Of a stretch of DNA of 64,000 bases, positions 39,915 to 49,444 are shown one piece after another. The position numbers and the translations under genes are program-made. The DNA is taken from contig CAXXVK010000068.1 of the NCBI GenBank assembly GCA_963676915.2, forward strand, positions 1-64,000, given 5' to 3'. The DNA comes from Myxococcota bacterium. GTDB taxonomy: Bacteria; Myxococcota_A; SURF-8; G963663525. The notes under the pieces are model-generated. The model was not told the origin of the DNA, did not search any database, and was given only the letters and a program-made list of their open reading frames with translations. Each line of letters opens with the position of its first letter. The stretch's first letter is position 1.

Positions 39915-42900
39915 GTGAGCGACCAAAGGCATGATCAGCAACGCGAAAACGCAGACGCCTGGCTGAAAAAGGAACTAGAGCAAGCTCGACAACGTATCCG
40001 GGAGTTGGAAGCCAAGCTGGCAGGTATTGATAACGAGATCCCTCCTCACTCCTCTTCTGTTCAGGGTAAAGCAAAGCGTTTCTCGGATGAAGTTCTCGAC
40101 AATTTGCCGGGACTGGTATGCACCATTGATATGGGAAACCAGTTGGTTCGTTGGAACAAAGAAATGGAAACGGTTACTGGTTATTCGGCTGAAGAACTGG
40201 ACGGAATGAACGTGATCGAGTTTTTTCTTGATGAAACAGATCAGAAACGCATCCAAGAGAAAATCAAAGAAACCTACGAGAAGGGTTATTCGAACGTCGA
40301 AGCGCATTTGACGACGAAGACTGGTGAAGAAATTCCGTACGTTTTCAATGGAAACCTAAAGGAACTCAACGGAGTATCTTACATTGTCGCTCATGGTGTC
40401 AACGTTTCCAGGCTTACCAAAATTTTGGATGACTTGAAACGTAGCGAACAAAACTACCGTAATTTCATCACCCATGCCAGCGAGGGAATTTACCGGGTAG
40501 ACATTACGGAACCGATTCCAATTGATCTTCCGGACGAAAAAATTGTTGCATTGATCGATGAACGTTCCGTTGTCGGTGACGTCAATGCAGCTTTAGCAAA
40601 AATGTACGGTTTGACGCCGCTGGACATGATTGGCAAACCCACCATCAAGTTCGCACCGGGGTATGGTAAAAGAGCCTTGCTTGCTGTTCGAGCCGAACAT
40701 TTCCTGGTCAATGGCCAGGAAACAGTCGATATAGACAAAGACGGTAACCCGCTTTATTTGTCCGAGTCGTATTCGGCGGCTGTCGAAAACGGGTATTTGA
40801 CACGTATATGGGGAGCGCAACGCGATATTACTGCCACAAAGAAAGCAGACCAAAAGCTGAAAGAAAGTGAAGAGCACTACCGGATGCTTTTCGAGACAGC
40901 TCAGGATGCCATTATGGTGGCAGATCCTCATACCGGAATGATACTGGATTGCAATTCGAAAGCCGAAGAGTTGACAGGTTGGTCGAAAGCCGAACTGTTG
41001 ACTATGCACCAAAGTCAGATTCATCCTCCTCAAACAAAGGAAGTCAACCAAGAAGGCTTCCAGAAAGCTGTTCACACTCCCGGTGCTATATATACTGAAA
41101 TCGAAATTCAGTGTCGAGATGGAAGCATCATTCCGGTTGAAATCAGTTCCGGTGGAACAACTCGTATTGGGGAACAAGAATACCACATAGGTACTTTCCG
41201 TGATCTTTCGTACCGAAAAAGAGCAGATGAAGCTCTAAAGGAAAGTGAAGAAAAATATCGAACTTACGTTGAAAATGCACCTGAGGGGATTTTCATCGTC
41301 GATTCGGATGGTCACTATATCGATGTGAACACTAAAGCCTGTGAAATGACTGGATATTCAAGGAAAGAACTCCTGAATATGTCAGTTTCCAATCTCGCTC
41401 CACCCGATGCGCCTCCCGAAGCTACCCGTTCTTTTTCTGAATTGAAGAGTAATGGGCAGGTTCAAGCAGAAATAATACTGTGCAAAAAAGATGGTACCCG
41501 CTTTCCGGCATCTCTTAAAGCGGTGGAAATATCACCCAATCGATACATGGGATTCTGCGGAGATATCTCTGCGAAGAAGAAAGCCGAGGCGGAGTTACAT
41601 TTACAAAGTCTCCTTCTCGATCAGATTCAGGATATGATCACCGGCACCGATCTCAATGGTATTATAACCTATGTCAATAAAGCGGAATGCTTGGCGTTTG
41701 ACAATACACCCGAAGAAATTATTGGAAAAACGATTCATTCTTTCGGTGAAGATGAAATCCGAGGTGCAAGTCAACAAGAAATTCTTGAATCCACTCGAAA
41801 AAACGGTTCATGGTCCGGGGAAGTCGTGAATTTCACGAAAGACGGCAAAGAGATCATTCTTCTAGCCCGAACTCAAATGGTTTACGATGACCATCAGGTT
41901 CCCATTGGAATGGTTGGTATTTCTACGGATATCACAAAAAGAAAACGTACGGAAGAAGCCCTTCGTTTGAGTGAAGAACGGTTTCGTTTGCTTCTTAAAA
42001 ATTCCAGCGATATCGTTGCAGTTATCGACGAAAACGCCAATGAACTGTTTGTTAGTGACTCGGTTGAACGGGTGACTGGTTATACGGTTGAGCAATATCT
42101 CGGAACCAATGGGTTCGATCACGTTCACCCCGAGGATCGTGCTTCCATGGCTGAGTCGATGGAAGCAGTCCTTAGCACTCCCGGAGCACAAGCTACCAAT
42201 GTATACAGGCATCAAACCAAAAACGGAGAGTGGAGATACTTGGAAGCCATTGGCAGCAATTACCTCGATGATCCACGTATTGGTGGAATTATATTGAACA
42301 TTCGAGATATCACGGACCGAAAAAAAGCCGAGGAAGCGATTCGGCACAGTGAAAAAATATTCCGCAAAGTGTTCGATATCCTCCCCGTGGGGCTTTGGCT
42401 GGCCGATCAAGATGGAACGCTTAAAAAAGGGAACATCGCTGGGGTGAAAATCTGGGGTGGTTCACCTTTGGTCCCACAGGAGAACTATGGTGTTTTCAAA
42501 GCAAGGAAGCTTCCCTCAGGCGAAGAAATCGCCCCTGAAGATTGGGCACTTGCCCATACTGTCAATGAAGGGGTTACCATTCTCAACGAGTTGTTGGAAA
42601 TCGATGCTTTCGATGGCGTAAAACGTACGATTCTCAATTCGACGGCTCCCGTGCTGGACGATAACGGGGAAGTCATGGCTGCGATTGTCGTCAATAATGA
42701 TATTACCCAACAGAAAGCTACAGAACAAAAGCTTGCCGAAGCCCTGGAAAAAACTCAAAAACTAGCCGAAGAAACTCATGTCTTTTTCAGTGCGGCCAAA
42801 AGTGTTCTGGAAGACAAAACCTTTGAAGAAACCGCTCGAAAACTTTTCGATGCCTGTCGCCAATTGACTGGAGCCGTGTCCGGGTATGTTGCCTTGACGA

Positions 42901-45491
42901 CCAAAGGTGGAAAAGAATACGAAATTTTGTTTATAGAAGACGGTGGTTTGTCCTGTACGGTCAATCCCGATCTCCCCATGCCCGTTCGTGGCTTGAGAAA
43001 AGAAGCTTACGACACGAGAAAAACCGTATGGGACAACAATTTCAGCAATAGCGAGTGGATTAAATATCTGCCTGAAGGTCATGTTGCTTTGAAAAACGTG
43101 ATGTTCGTTCCACTCAACGTGCAGGGAAAAGCCATAGGTTTGATCGGTTTAGCGAACAAACCCACGGATTTTGACGAGCACGATGCGCAACTGGCCCAAA
43201 CTCTAGGGGATTTAGCCTCCATCGCTTTGGAAAGTTCTCGGACTAGAGAAACATTGGAGATCAGCGAAGCAAAAGCACGCAGTTATATAGAAAATGCGCC
43301 TTATGGTGTGCTGATTGTCAATCAAGAAGGCCAATGCATAGAGGCGAACAAAGCTGCCAGTACGATGTCCGGATACAGCAATGATGAGCTTTTAGAGCGC
43401 TCAATCCAGGATATAATGGCACCGGAATCGATAGAAGCCGGCAAGAAACAATTCATGGGTGTTCTTGAAAAAGGTCATTCCAGGGGTGAAGTGGCTTTCC
43501 TGACAAAAAACGGCGAGAAACGATACTGGTCCATTGATGCTGTCAAAATTTCAGACACCCGCTTTCTGGGCTTTGCTTCGGATGTAACGCAACGCATGGA
43601 AATTGAAAATGCGCTTCGTGAAAGTGAGGAAACGTTCCGAGCGCTGGCGGAGAATTCCATCGACACCATCATGCGTTTCGACCCTCAATTACGTCACTTG
43701 TACGTCAATCCCATCGTAAAAACTCTCACTGGTATCGATCATTGGGACTTTATCGGAAAAACGCACGAAGAGTTGGGGTTTCCCTCCGAGATGTGCGAAT
43801 TCTGGGCGGAAGCGATTCAGTACGTTTTCGATACGGGAAAGGTGAATCGCGTGGAATTTTCTCTTCCGCACGGTTATTGGTTGGACTGGTTGTTGATGCC
43901 CGAGCTTGACAGCATGGGAAATGTCAAAGCCGTGATTACTTCGTCTCGTGATATCACCGAGCGTGTCGAATCCGAAAAACGATTGAAACTGGTAACCGAA
44001 GCCACTGCGGATCTGATTTATGAATGGGATATCGAAACTGGAAGTCTGACTTGGTTCGGCGATATCGACAAGCAATTGGGATATAAGACAGGAACGATAA
44101 AACCCACGATTGAAGCATGGGTCGAGTTGATTCACGAAAAAGATCGTGCTCAACTTGAAGACGCCATAGAACTTCACAAAAGATCCACGGAACCAATTCA
44201 CTATGAATACCGCATCCGACGTGAAAACGGTACGTGGCGGTATTGGTCCGATTTCGGACAGCCGATTTTAGGAGACGATGGCAAGCCCATTAAATGGATT
44301 GGCGCTTGTACAGATATTACGGAGAAAAAGCATATCGAAGCTCAGCTCCGGCAATCCCAGAAAATGGAGTCCATCGGACGGCTGGCGGGTGGAGTGGCTC
44401 ATGACTTCAACAACCTGTTGACGGGTATACAGGGTAATGTTTCGTTGGGTATGCTGGATATTTCTCCCGATCATCCACTTTATGACACGTTGGAAGAAAT
44501 TTCATCCGCTGCCAAACGTGCCACCAAGTTGACCAAACAGTTGCTTGCATTTAGTCGAAAACAGATCATCGAGCCGAAGATCGTCAATGTTAACGAAATG
44601 ATCGAGAGCTTAAGGAAACTATTGGAAAGGCTTATCGGCGAAGATATTTCCATTGTCTGGAAATTGGCGGAAAATCTTGGACATATTCGCGCCGATTCAG
44701 GTCAAATCGAGCAGGTTGTTGTCAATATGGTTGTCAACGCTCGCGACGCCATGTCTGATGGCGGCAAACTGACCATTGAAACAGATAATGTTCGACTGGA
44801 TGAATCATATGTTGAGCAGCATATCCAAGTCGCTACAGGCGATTATGTGATGATCGCTGTCAGCGACAACGGTATCGGTATGGATGCGGATACCATAAGC
44901 AAAATCTTCGAGCCGTTTTTCACGACCAAGGATAAGGATCAAGGGACAGGACTCGGATTGGCCACCGCCTTCGGAATTATCAAGCAACATGGTGGAAATA
45001 TTGAAGTTTATTCGGAGATCGACAAGGGGTCTACGTTCAAAGTTTTCCTGCCGATGGTCAAAGAAAAGGTGAAAGCCAAACGGAAACGAAAGATCCATAA
45101 AAATCTTCCGAGAGGTAGTGAAACCATTCTCGTCGTGGAAGACGAACCGATGGTACGAAACGTTGCCACACGTTTGCTGACTCGTCAGGGATACAAGGTC
45201 TTCGATGCCAATACCGGTCCCGAAGCGATCGAACTTGTTGAAAAGGAAAACCTACATCTCGATCTATTGATGACCGATATCGTCATGCCGAAAATGAATG
45301 GTCGTGAACTATCGGAGATTCTAACGGCGCGGCAGTCCAACTTGAAAACGCTGTTTACCTCTGGGTATACGGAAGAAGTGATCGCCCACCACGGGATTCT
45401 CGACAGCGGCCTTCAATTCATTGGCAAACCCTATGTGCCGGAAACATTGGCGATTAAAGTTCGCAAAGTTCTTGACGGCGAGGATGAGTAA
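39915..45491 (+). CDS. Soluble hybrid histidine kinase: 10 PAS + GAF + HisKA + HATPase_c + REC
   Basis: GTG 39915 after AAGGGGG. Repeated PAS/PAC units ending DIT.RK, H-box GVAHDFNN, N-box NMVVNARDA, DNGIG, FEPFFTTK, GTGLGL; REC motifs VEDE...TDIVMP...KP. No TM helix seen. Confidence 0.92.
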   Translation: MSDQRHDQQRENADAWLKKELEQARQRIRELEAKLAGIDNEIPPHSSSVQGKAKRFSDEVLDNLPGLVCTIDMGNQLVRWNKEMETVTGYSAEELDGMNVIEFFLDETDQKRIQEKIKETYEKGYSNVEAHLTTKTGEEIPYVFNGNLKELNGVSYIVAHGVNVSRLTKILDDLKRSEQNYRNFITHASEGIYRVDITEPIPIDLPDEKIVALIDERSVVGDVNAALAKMYGLTPLDMIGKPTIKFAPGYGKRALLAVRAEHFLVNGQETVDIDKDGNPLYLSESYSAAVENGYLTRIWGAQRDITATKKADQKLKESEEHYRMLFETAQDAIMVADPHTGMILDCNSKAEELTGWSKAELLTMHQSQIHPPQTKEVNQEGFQKAVHTPGAIYTEIEIQCRDGSIIPVEISSGGTTRIGEQEYHIGTFRDLSYRKRADEALKESEEKYRTYVENAPEGIFIVDSDGHYIDVNTKACEMTGYSRKELLNMSVSNLAPPDAPPEATRSFSELKSNGQVQAEIILCKKDGTRFPASLKAVEISPNRYMGFCGDISAKKKAEAELHLQSLLLDQIQDMITGTDLNGIITYVNKAECLAFDNTPEEIIGKTIHSFGEDEIRGASQQEILESTRKNGSWSGEVVNFTKDGKEIILLARTQMVYDDHQVPIGMVGISTDITKRKRTEEALRLSEERFRLLLKNSSDIVAVIDENANELFVSDSVERVTGYTVEQYLGTNGFDHVHPEDRASMAESMEAVLSTPGAQATNVYRHQTKNGEWRYLEAIGSNYLDDPRIGGIILNIRDITDRKKAEEAIRHSEKIFRKVFDILPVGLWLADQDGTLKKGNIAGVKIWGGSPLVPQENYGVFKARKLPSGEEIAPEDWALAHTVNEGVTILNELLEIDAFDGVKRTILNSTAPVLDDNGEVMAAIVVNNDITQQKATEQKLAEALEKTQKLAEETHVFFSAAKSVLEDKTFEETARKLFDACRQLTGAVSGYVALTTKGGKEYEILFIEDGGLSCTVNPDLPMPVRGLRKEAYDTRKTVWDNNFSNSEWIKYLPEGHVALKNVMFVPLNVQGKAIGLIGLANKPTDFDEHDAQLAQTLGDLASIALESSRTRETLEISEAKARSYIENAPYGVLIVNQEGQCIEANKAASTMSGYSNDELLERSIQDIMAPESIEAGKKQFMGVLEKGHSRGEVAFLTKNGEKRYWSIDAVKISDTRFLGFASDVTQRMEIENALRESEETFRALAENSIDTIMRFDPQLRHLYVNPIVKTLTGIDHWDFIGKTHEELGFPSEMCEFWAEAIQYVFDTGKVNRVEFSLPHGYWLDWLLMPELDSMGNVKAVITSSRDITERVESEKRLKLVTEATADLIYEWDIETGSLTWFGDIDKQLGYKTGTIKPTIEAWVELIHEKDRAQLEDAIELHKRSTEPIHYEYRIRRENGTWRYWSDFGQPILGDDGKPIKWIGACTDITEKKHIEAQLRQSQKMESIGRLAGGVAHDFNNLLTGIQGNVSLGMLDISPDHPLYDTLEEISSAAKRATKLTKQLLAFSRKQIIEPKIVNVNEMIESLRKLLERLIGEDISIVWKLAENLGHIRADSGQIEQVVVNMVVNARDAMSDGGKLTIETDNVRLDESYVEQHIQVATGDYVMIAVSDNGIGMDADTISKIFEPFFTTKDKDQGTGLGLATAFGIIKQHGGNIEVYSEIDKGSTFKVFLPMVKEKVKAKRKRKIHKNLPRGSETILVVEDEPMVRNVATRLLTRQGYKVFDANTGPEAIELVEKENLHLDLLMTDIVMPKMNGRELSEILTARQSNLKTLFTSGYTEEVIAHHGILDSGLQFIGKPYVPETLAIKVRKVLDGEDE

Positions 45492-45548
45492 TTTGACAGA
45501 ATTTTTTCGATCCTTGAGTGTTTTTCTCTCACTCGGGATTCCGTAATG

Positions 45549-46844
45549 TTAGGACAAGCCTCGTTGAATGCGAATGAATTTTCCTTCTCCATGTACTCGG
45601 GGAAGTTCCGCCACCTCGCGAACGGCGTCGCGAATCGCTTTCTCCTTCGATTGATGGACGATGATATCCAGGCGTCCGAGATCTTCGGCATTGGGAATCA
45701 ACTCGGCGGTGATCGAAGAGACGGAGATTTTGTGCTTTCCTAAAATCGTAGCGATTTCTCCGATGATTCCGGGTTTGTCATCGATCGTGAAACAGATGTA
45801 ATATTCGCTGGTTACTTCCATGGGATGCACGATGTTCAATGCTTCCTGACTGATTTCCGGTTCTGCCGAAGGATTTTGCGTGCGGGTGCAGATGTCAACG
45901 ATATCGGCATAAACCGCGCTGGCGGTGGGGAAGGAACCGGCTCCACGTCCTGCGAGCATGATCTCCCCGACGGCATCCCCATTGAGAAATACGGCATTGA
46001 ATTCATTGCGTACGCTGGCCAGCGGATGCAGTTTGGAGATCAGAGTCGGATGTACTCGCAATTCGATATCGTTTTCAAAACGTTGAGCCAGAGCCAGCAG
46101 TTTGATGGCGTAGTTGTGTTTTTTTGCAAACGTGAAATCGTGTTCATCGAGTCGGGTAATGCCTTCGCAGAGAATTTCGCCCTTCGGATATGTTCCACCG
46201 AGGATGTGTGCCGCAAGAATGCGTAGTTTCTGTTGGGCGTCGATGCCTTCTACATCCAGCGTGGGATCGGCTTCGGCAAATCCCATTTCTCCCGCCAGTT
46301 TCAGGGCTTCGTAATAACTCAAGCCTTCTTCCGCCATTTTGGTCAGAATGAAGTTCGTCGTTCCGTTGATGATTGCGGCAAGCGAGGTGATGCGGTTCGC
46401 CACCATGCTTTCTCGTAGCGTTTTCAGGATCGGCATTCCACCCCCGACGGCGGCTTCTGCGAAAAATGCCTGGTTGTGGGTTCGCGCCAGGGTCGTCAAT
46501 TCCTGTCCGTGCTCCGCCAAAAGGGCTTTGTTGGCGCTGACGACCGGTCGGCCACTCTCCAAAGAACGACGTACGATGCGGTAAGCGTCCTCGGTGCCGC
46601 CGATCAGTTCCACCACAATGTCGATTTCTTTGTCTTCCAGGATCGATTCGTAACTCGTGGATACGTGAATGCCTTCGGTTTCACAGGAACGTTTTTTTGT
46701 AGGATTGCGCACGACGGCTTTCACCACGGACAACTCGATTCCGGCGCTTTGCATCAATCGCTGTTTCCGACGTTCGATGATGTTAACGAGTCCGCTACCG
46801 ACAGTTCCCAGGCCGAAAAGCCCGATTCGGATCGATTTCCCCAT
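45549..46844 (-). CDS. hom: Homoserine dehydrogenase with C-terminal ACT domain
   Basis: Motifs GLGTVGSG, VVELIGG, SANKALLA, EAAVGGGMP, INGTTNFIL, GFAEADPTLDVEGID; ACT motif DKPGII. Confidence 0.95.
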   Translation of the reverse strand: MGKSIRIGLFGLGTVGSGLVNIIERRKQRLMQSAGIELSVVKAVVRNPTKKRSCETEGIHVSTSYESILEDKEIDIVVELIGGTEDAYRIVRRSLESGRPVVSANKALLAEHGQELTTLARTHNQAFFAEAAVGGGMPILKTLRESMVANRITSLAAIINGTTNFILTKMAEEGLSYYEALKLAGEMGFAEADPTLDVEGIDAQQKLRILAAHILGGTYPKGEILCEGITRLDEHDFTFAKKHNYAIKLLALAQRFENDIELRVHPTLISKLHPLASVRNEFNAVFLNGDAVGEIMLAGRGAGSFPTASAVYADIVDICTRTQNPSAEPEISQEALNIVHPMEVTSEYYICFTIDDKPGIIGEIATILGKHKISVSSITAELIPNAEDLGRLDIIVHQSKEKAIRDAVREVAELPRVHGEGKFIRIQRGLS

Positions 46845-46859
46845 GATGTTGTTTCCTCT

Positions 46860-48008
46860 CTATCGAAAAAAGTGATGCAGAATCGCGTTCAACGATTCGA
46901 ATTCAATCAAAAAGCCGTCGTGGCCGTATTTGGAATGCAAACAGTCGTATTGTGCCGAAACACCATTCTTTTGAAATAGACGATAGGTTTGCTCGACTTC
47001 CTCGGCTGTGTACAAAATATCCGAATCAATGCCGAGAAACAGCATTTTTGCACGAATTTGTCGGATCGTTTTCGGCAGGTCCGGTCGATTGCGTGCAATA
47101 TCGTGCTCGTTGAGTACCTGAAGCAGTTTTAGATAACAATTTGGATCGAAACGAAGCAGAAGTTTTTCGCCCTGATGATCCAGGTAGCTTTGCATTTCAT
47201 AGTAGCGGTCGTCTTTTTCCAGGCTGAATGCCGTTTGACGCCCGAAACGCTCGGAGAATTCCGCCGGGCTGCGATAGGTGACCATCGCGACTTGACGAGC
47301 CAATGACAACGCTAGTTTGGGTTTCGGTCCCCCATAGTAGTGTCCACCTTTGAATTGCGGATCGAGATCGAAACAGCGTCGTTGAATGTGGTTGAAGGCG
47401 ATGGCCTGGGCGCTCCCTGCCGCCGGTGCGGCGATCACCACGCAGTTTTCCGTAGGAATTTCATCAAGCAACGCCCATTCGAGAGCGATCATTCCTCCCA
47501 TCGAACCGCCGATTACGCAAAACAGACGTTCGATTCCCAGGGCTTTGATCAAATCGGCGTGAATTCGAGCAAGATCACGAGAGGTGAGGGGAGGGAAATC
47601 CGGTCCCAATGGCTGGTTTTCTCCCACAGCTACCGATGTGGGACCGCTTGAGCCGTAGCAGCTTAACGGGTGGTTGGGGCAGATGACGCAGTATTTAGAC
47701 ACGTCGAGTGCACTACCGGACTGAAAGATGCCTTCCCACCAGCCCGAAGACCATCCGTCGCCGCTTCGATATCCCGCGCAGTTGGCGTCTCCCGTCAGAG
47801 CGTGAAAGACCAGCACGATGTTGTCACGTTGGGGATTGGGTCGCCCGAACACCCGGTAAGCTACCGTCAAGTTGGCGATGGTTTCTCCTGCGTCCGAAAC
47901 GAATCGGTCGAAGACGTGTTTATGCAGGCAGTCGGGAGCGGTCTTTTGAGCAAATCCCAGTTTTTTTCCGGCTTTTTCAGCCGTCAGAACAAAATTACTC
48001 CGATGCAT
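46860..48008 (-). CDS. metX: Homoserine O-acetyltransferase
   Basis: Motifs HALTG, GSSGP, IGGSMGG (nucleophile Ser), DSDILY and GHDGFL; lies between metY and hom. Confidence 0.9.
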   Translation of the reverse strand: MHRSNFVLTAEKAGKKLGFAQKTAPDCLHKHVFDRFVSDAGETIANLTVAYRVFGRPNPQRDNIVLVFHALTGDANCAGYRSGDGWSSGWWEGIFQSGSALDVSKYCVICPNHPLSCYGSSGPTSVAVGENQPLGPDFPPLTSRDLARIHADLIKALGIERLFCVIGGSMGGMIALEWALLDEIPTENCVVIAAPAAGSAQAIAFNHIQRRCFDLDPQFKGGHYYGGPKPKLALSLARQVAMVTYRSPAEFSERFGRQTAFSLEKDDRYYEMQSYLDHQGEKLLLRFDPNCYLKLLQVLNEHDIARNRPDLPKTIRQIRAKMLFLGIDSDILYTAEEVEQTYRLFQKNGVSAQYDCLHSKYGHDGFLIEFESLNAILHHFFR

Positions 48009-49254
48009 CGGTTAGACCCCGTTCGAGATCGGCCACGATATCCTCGAAATTCTCCAAACCTACGCTCATACGAATCAGTTCATCCGGAGCACCTGCCGCC
48101 AACCGTTGTTCGGGCGTCAAGGGTTCGTGGGACGTAGAGGCCGGATGGAGAATCAGAGTCTTCGTGTCTCCCAGATTGGCCAGATGATGAATCATCCGGC
48201 AGCCATCCACCAACCGTTTTCCGGCTGCGAAACCGCCTTTAAGGCCGAAGGAGAGCAAGGAGGAATATCCTGCTGGCAGGTATTTTTCGGCATTGTTTCG
48301 GCAGGGATAACCCGAAACCGTCGGATAATTCACGTATTCTACAGCCGGGTGACTGCTTAGAAAAGCCGCCAGCCTGGAAGCGTTGTCGCAATGGCGTTCC
48401 ATTCGCAAGGCAAGTGTTTCCAGACCTTGTGCAAGCAAAAAGGCATTCATAGGGGCGAGGGCGCCGCCGAAGTCACGCAGGGTTTCCGCACGAATGGCCG
48501 AAATCACCGGAGATTCACCCTCTACGGCATAGGATTCCAGTGCGGGAAAACTTCGGGGCCAATCCAGCGATCCCCCGGATATCACGACACCTCCCAATGC
48601 CGCTCCGTGACCGCCGATATACTTGCTTGCCGAATGCACCACAAGATCGGCTCCATGCTCGAAAGGTCTGCACAGACAGGGAGTCGCCACGGTATTGTCC
48701 ACGACGAGCGGAAGATTTCGGGCGTGGGCGATGTCGGCAAGCGCTTCAAGGTCCGGGACATCGATTTTCGGGTTCCCGATCGTCTCTACGTACAGCACTC
48801 GGGTTTTGTCTGTTATTGCCTTTTCGAAGGATTCGTAGTCCGTGCTTTCGACAAAATGCGTTCGGATGCCGAACCGGGCCAACGTTGTCGAAAACAGGTT
48901 GAATGTTCCGCCATACAACGAAGCTGAGGAGACGATTTCGTCTCCGGCGTGAACCAGGGCAAGCAGTGTCGAAGAAATCGCCGACATTCCTGACGCGAAG
49001 GCAACGGCGCAATCTCCCCCTTCGAGATTCGCCATGCGACGCTCGAAAACGTCAACTGTCGGATTGTTCAGGCGGGTGTAAATGTATCCAGGTTCTTCCA
49101 TCTTGAACAGGCGGGCGGCGTGATCCGTATCGTTAAAGGTGTAGGCCGTCGTCTGGTAAATGGGAACGGCACGAGCGTTCCGATGCTGGTCGCTAGAAAA
49201 ACCTGCATGGATGGCACGTGTATAAAATCCCCAGTTGGTAGATTTTCTGGACAT
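47995..49254 (-). CDS. metY: O-acetylhomoserine aminocarboxypropyltransferase (sulfhydrylase)
   Basis: ATG 49254 with GAGG RBS; motifs PIYQTT, YTRLNNPT, SGMSA, DNTVAT, HSASKYIGGHG (PLP Lys), ANLGD and RMSVGLE. Confidence 0.9.
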   Translation of the reverse strand: MSRKSTNWGFYTRAIHAGFSSDQHRNARAVPIYQTTAYTFNDTDHAARLFKMEEPGYIYTRLNNPTVDVFERRMANLEGGDCAVAFASGMSAISSTLLALVHAGDEIVSSASLYGGTFNLFSTTLARFGIRTHFVESTDYESFEKAITDKTRVLYVETIGNPKIDVPDLEALADIAHARNLPLVVDNTVATPCLCRPFEHGADLVVHSASKYIGGHGAALGGVVISGGSLDWPRSFPALESYAVEGESPVISAIRAETLRDFGGALAPMNAFLLAQGLETLALRMERHCDNASRLAAFLSSHPAVEYVNYPTVSGYPCRNNAEKYLPAGYSSLLSFGLKGGFAAGKRLVDGCRMIHHLANLGDTKTLILHPASTSHEPLTPEQRLAAGAPDELIRMSVGLENFEDIVADLERGLTDASE

Positions 49255-49444
49255 TTGCAACCTCTACGATTGAACTTTGCAAAAGGATGCTGTATTCTAT
49301 TCTTCGTGGCGTCTATCTTCCTTGACGGGATGATTCGACCCATTGAACCACAAAATTTCAAGGGAGGAAATCCGACGGTACGCCCCCGGTCGAATTTTTT
49401 TCGGACATTCGACCTTATTGAAGCGATTTTTCTACCAGAAAGCA

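Noticed and set aside
45549-49254. Functional link between the met operon and the Cys demand of the giant protein
   Set aside because: About 20 kb apart with unrelated genes between, and the pathway makes homocysteine/methionine rather than cysteine.
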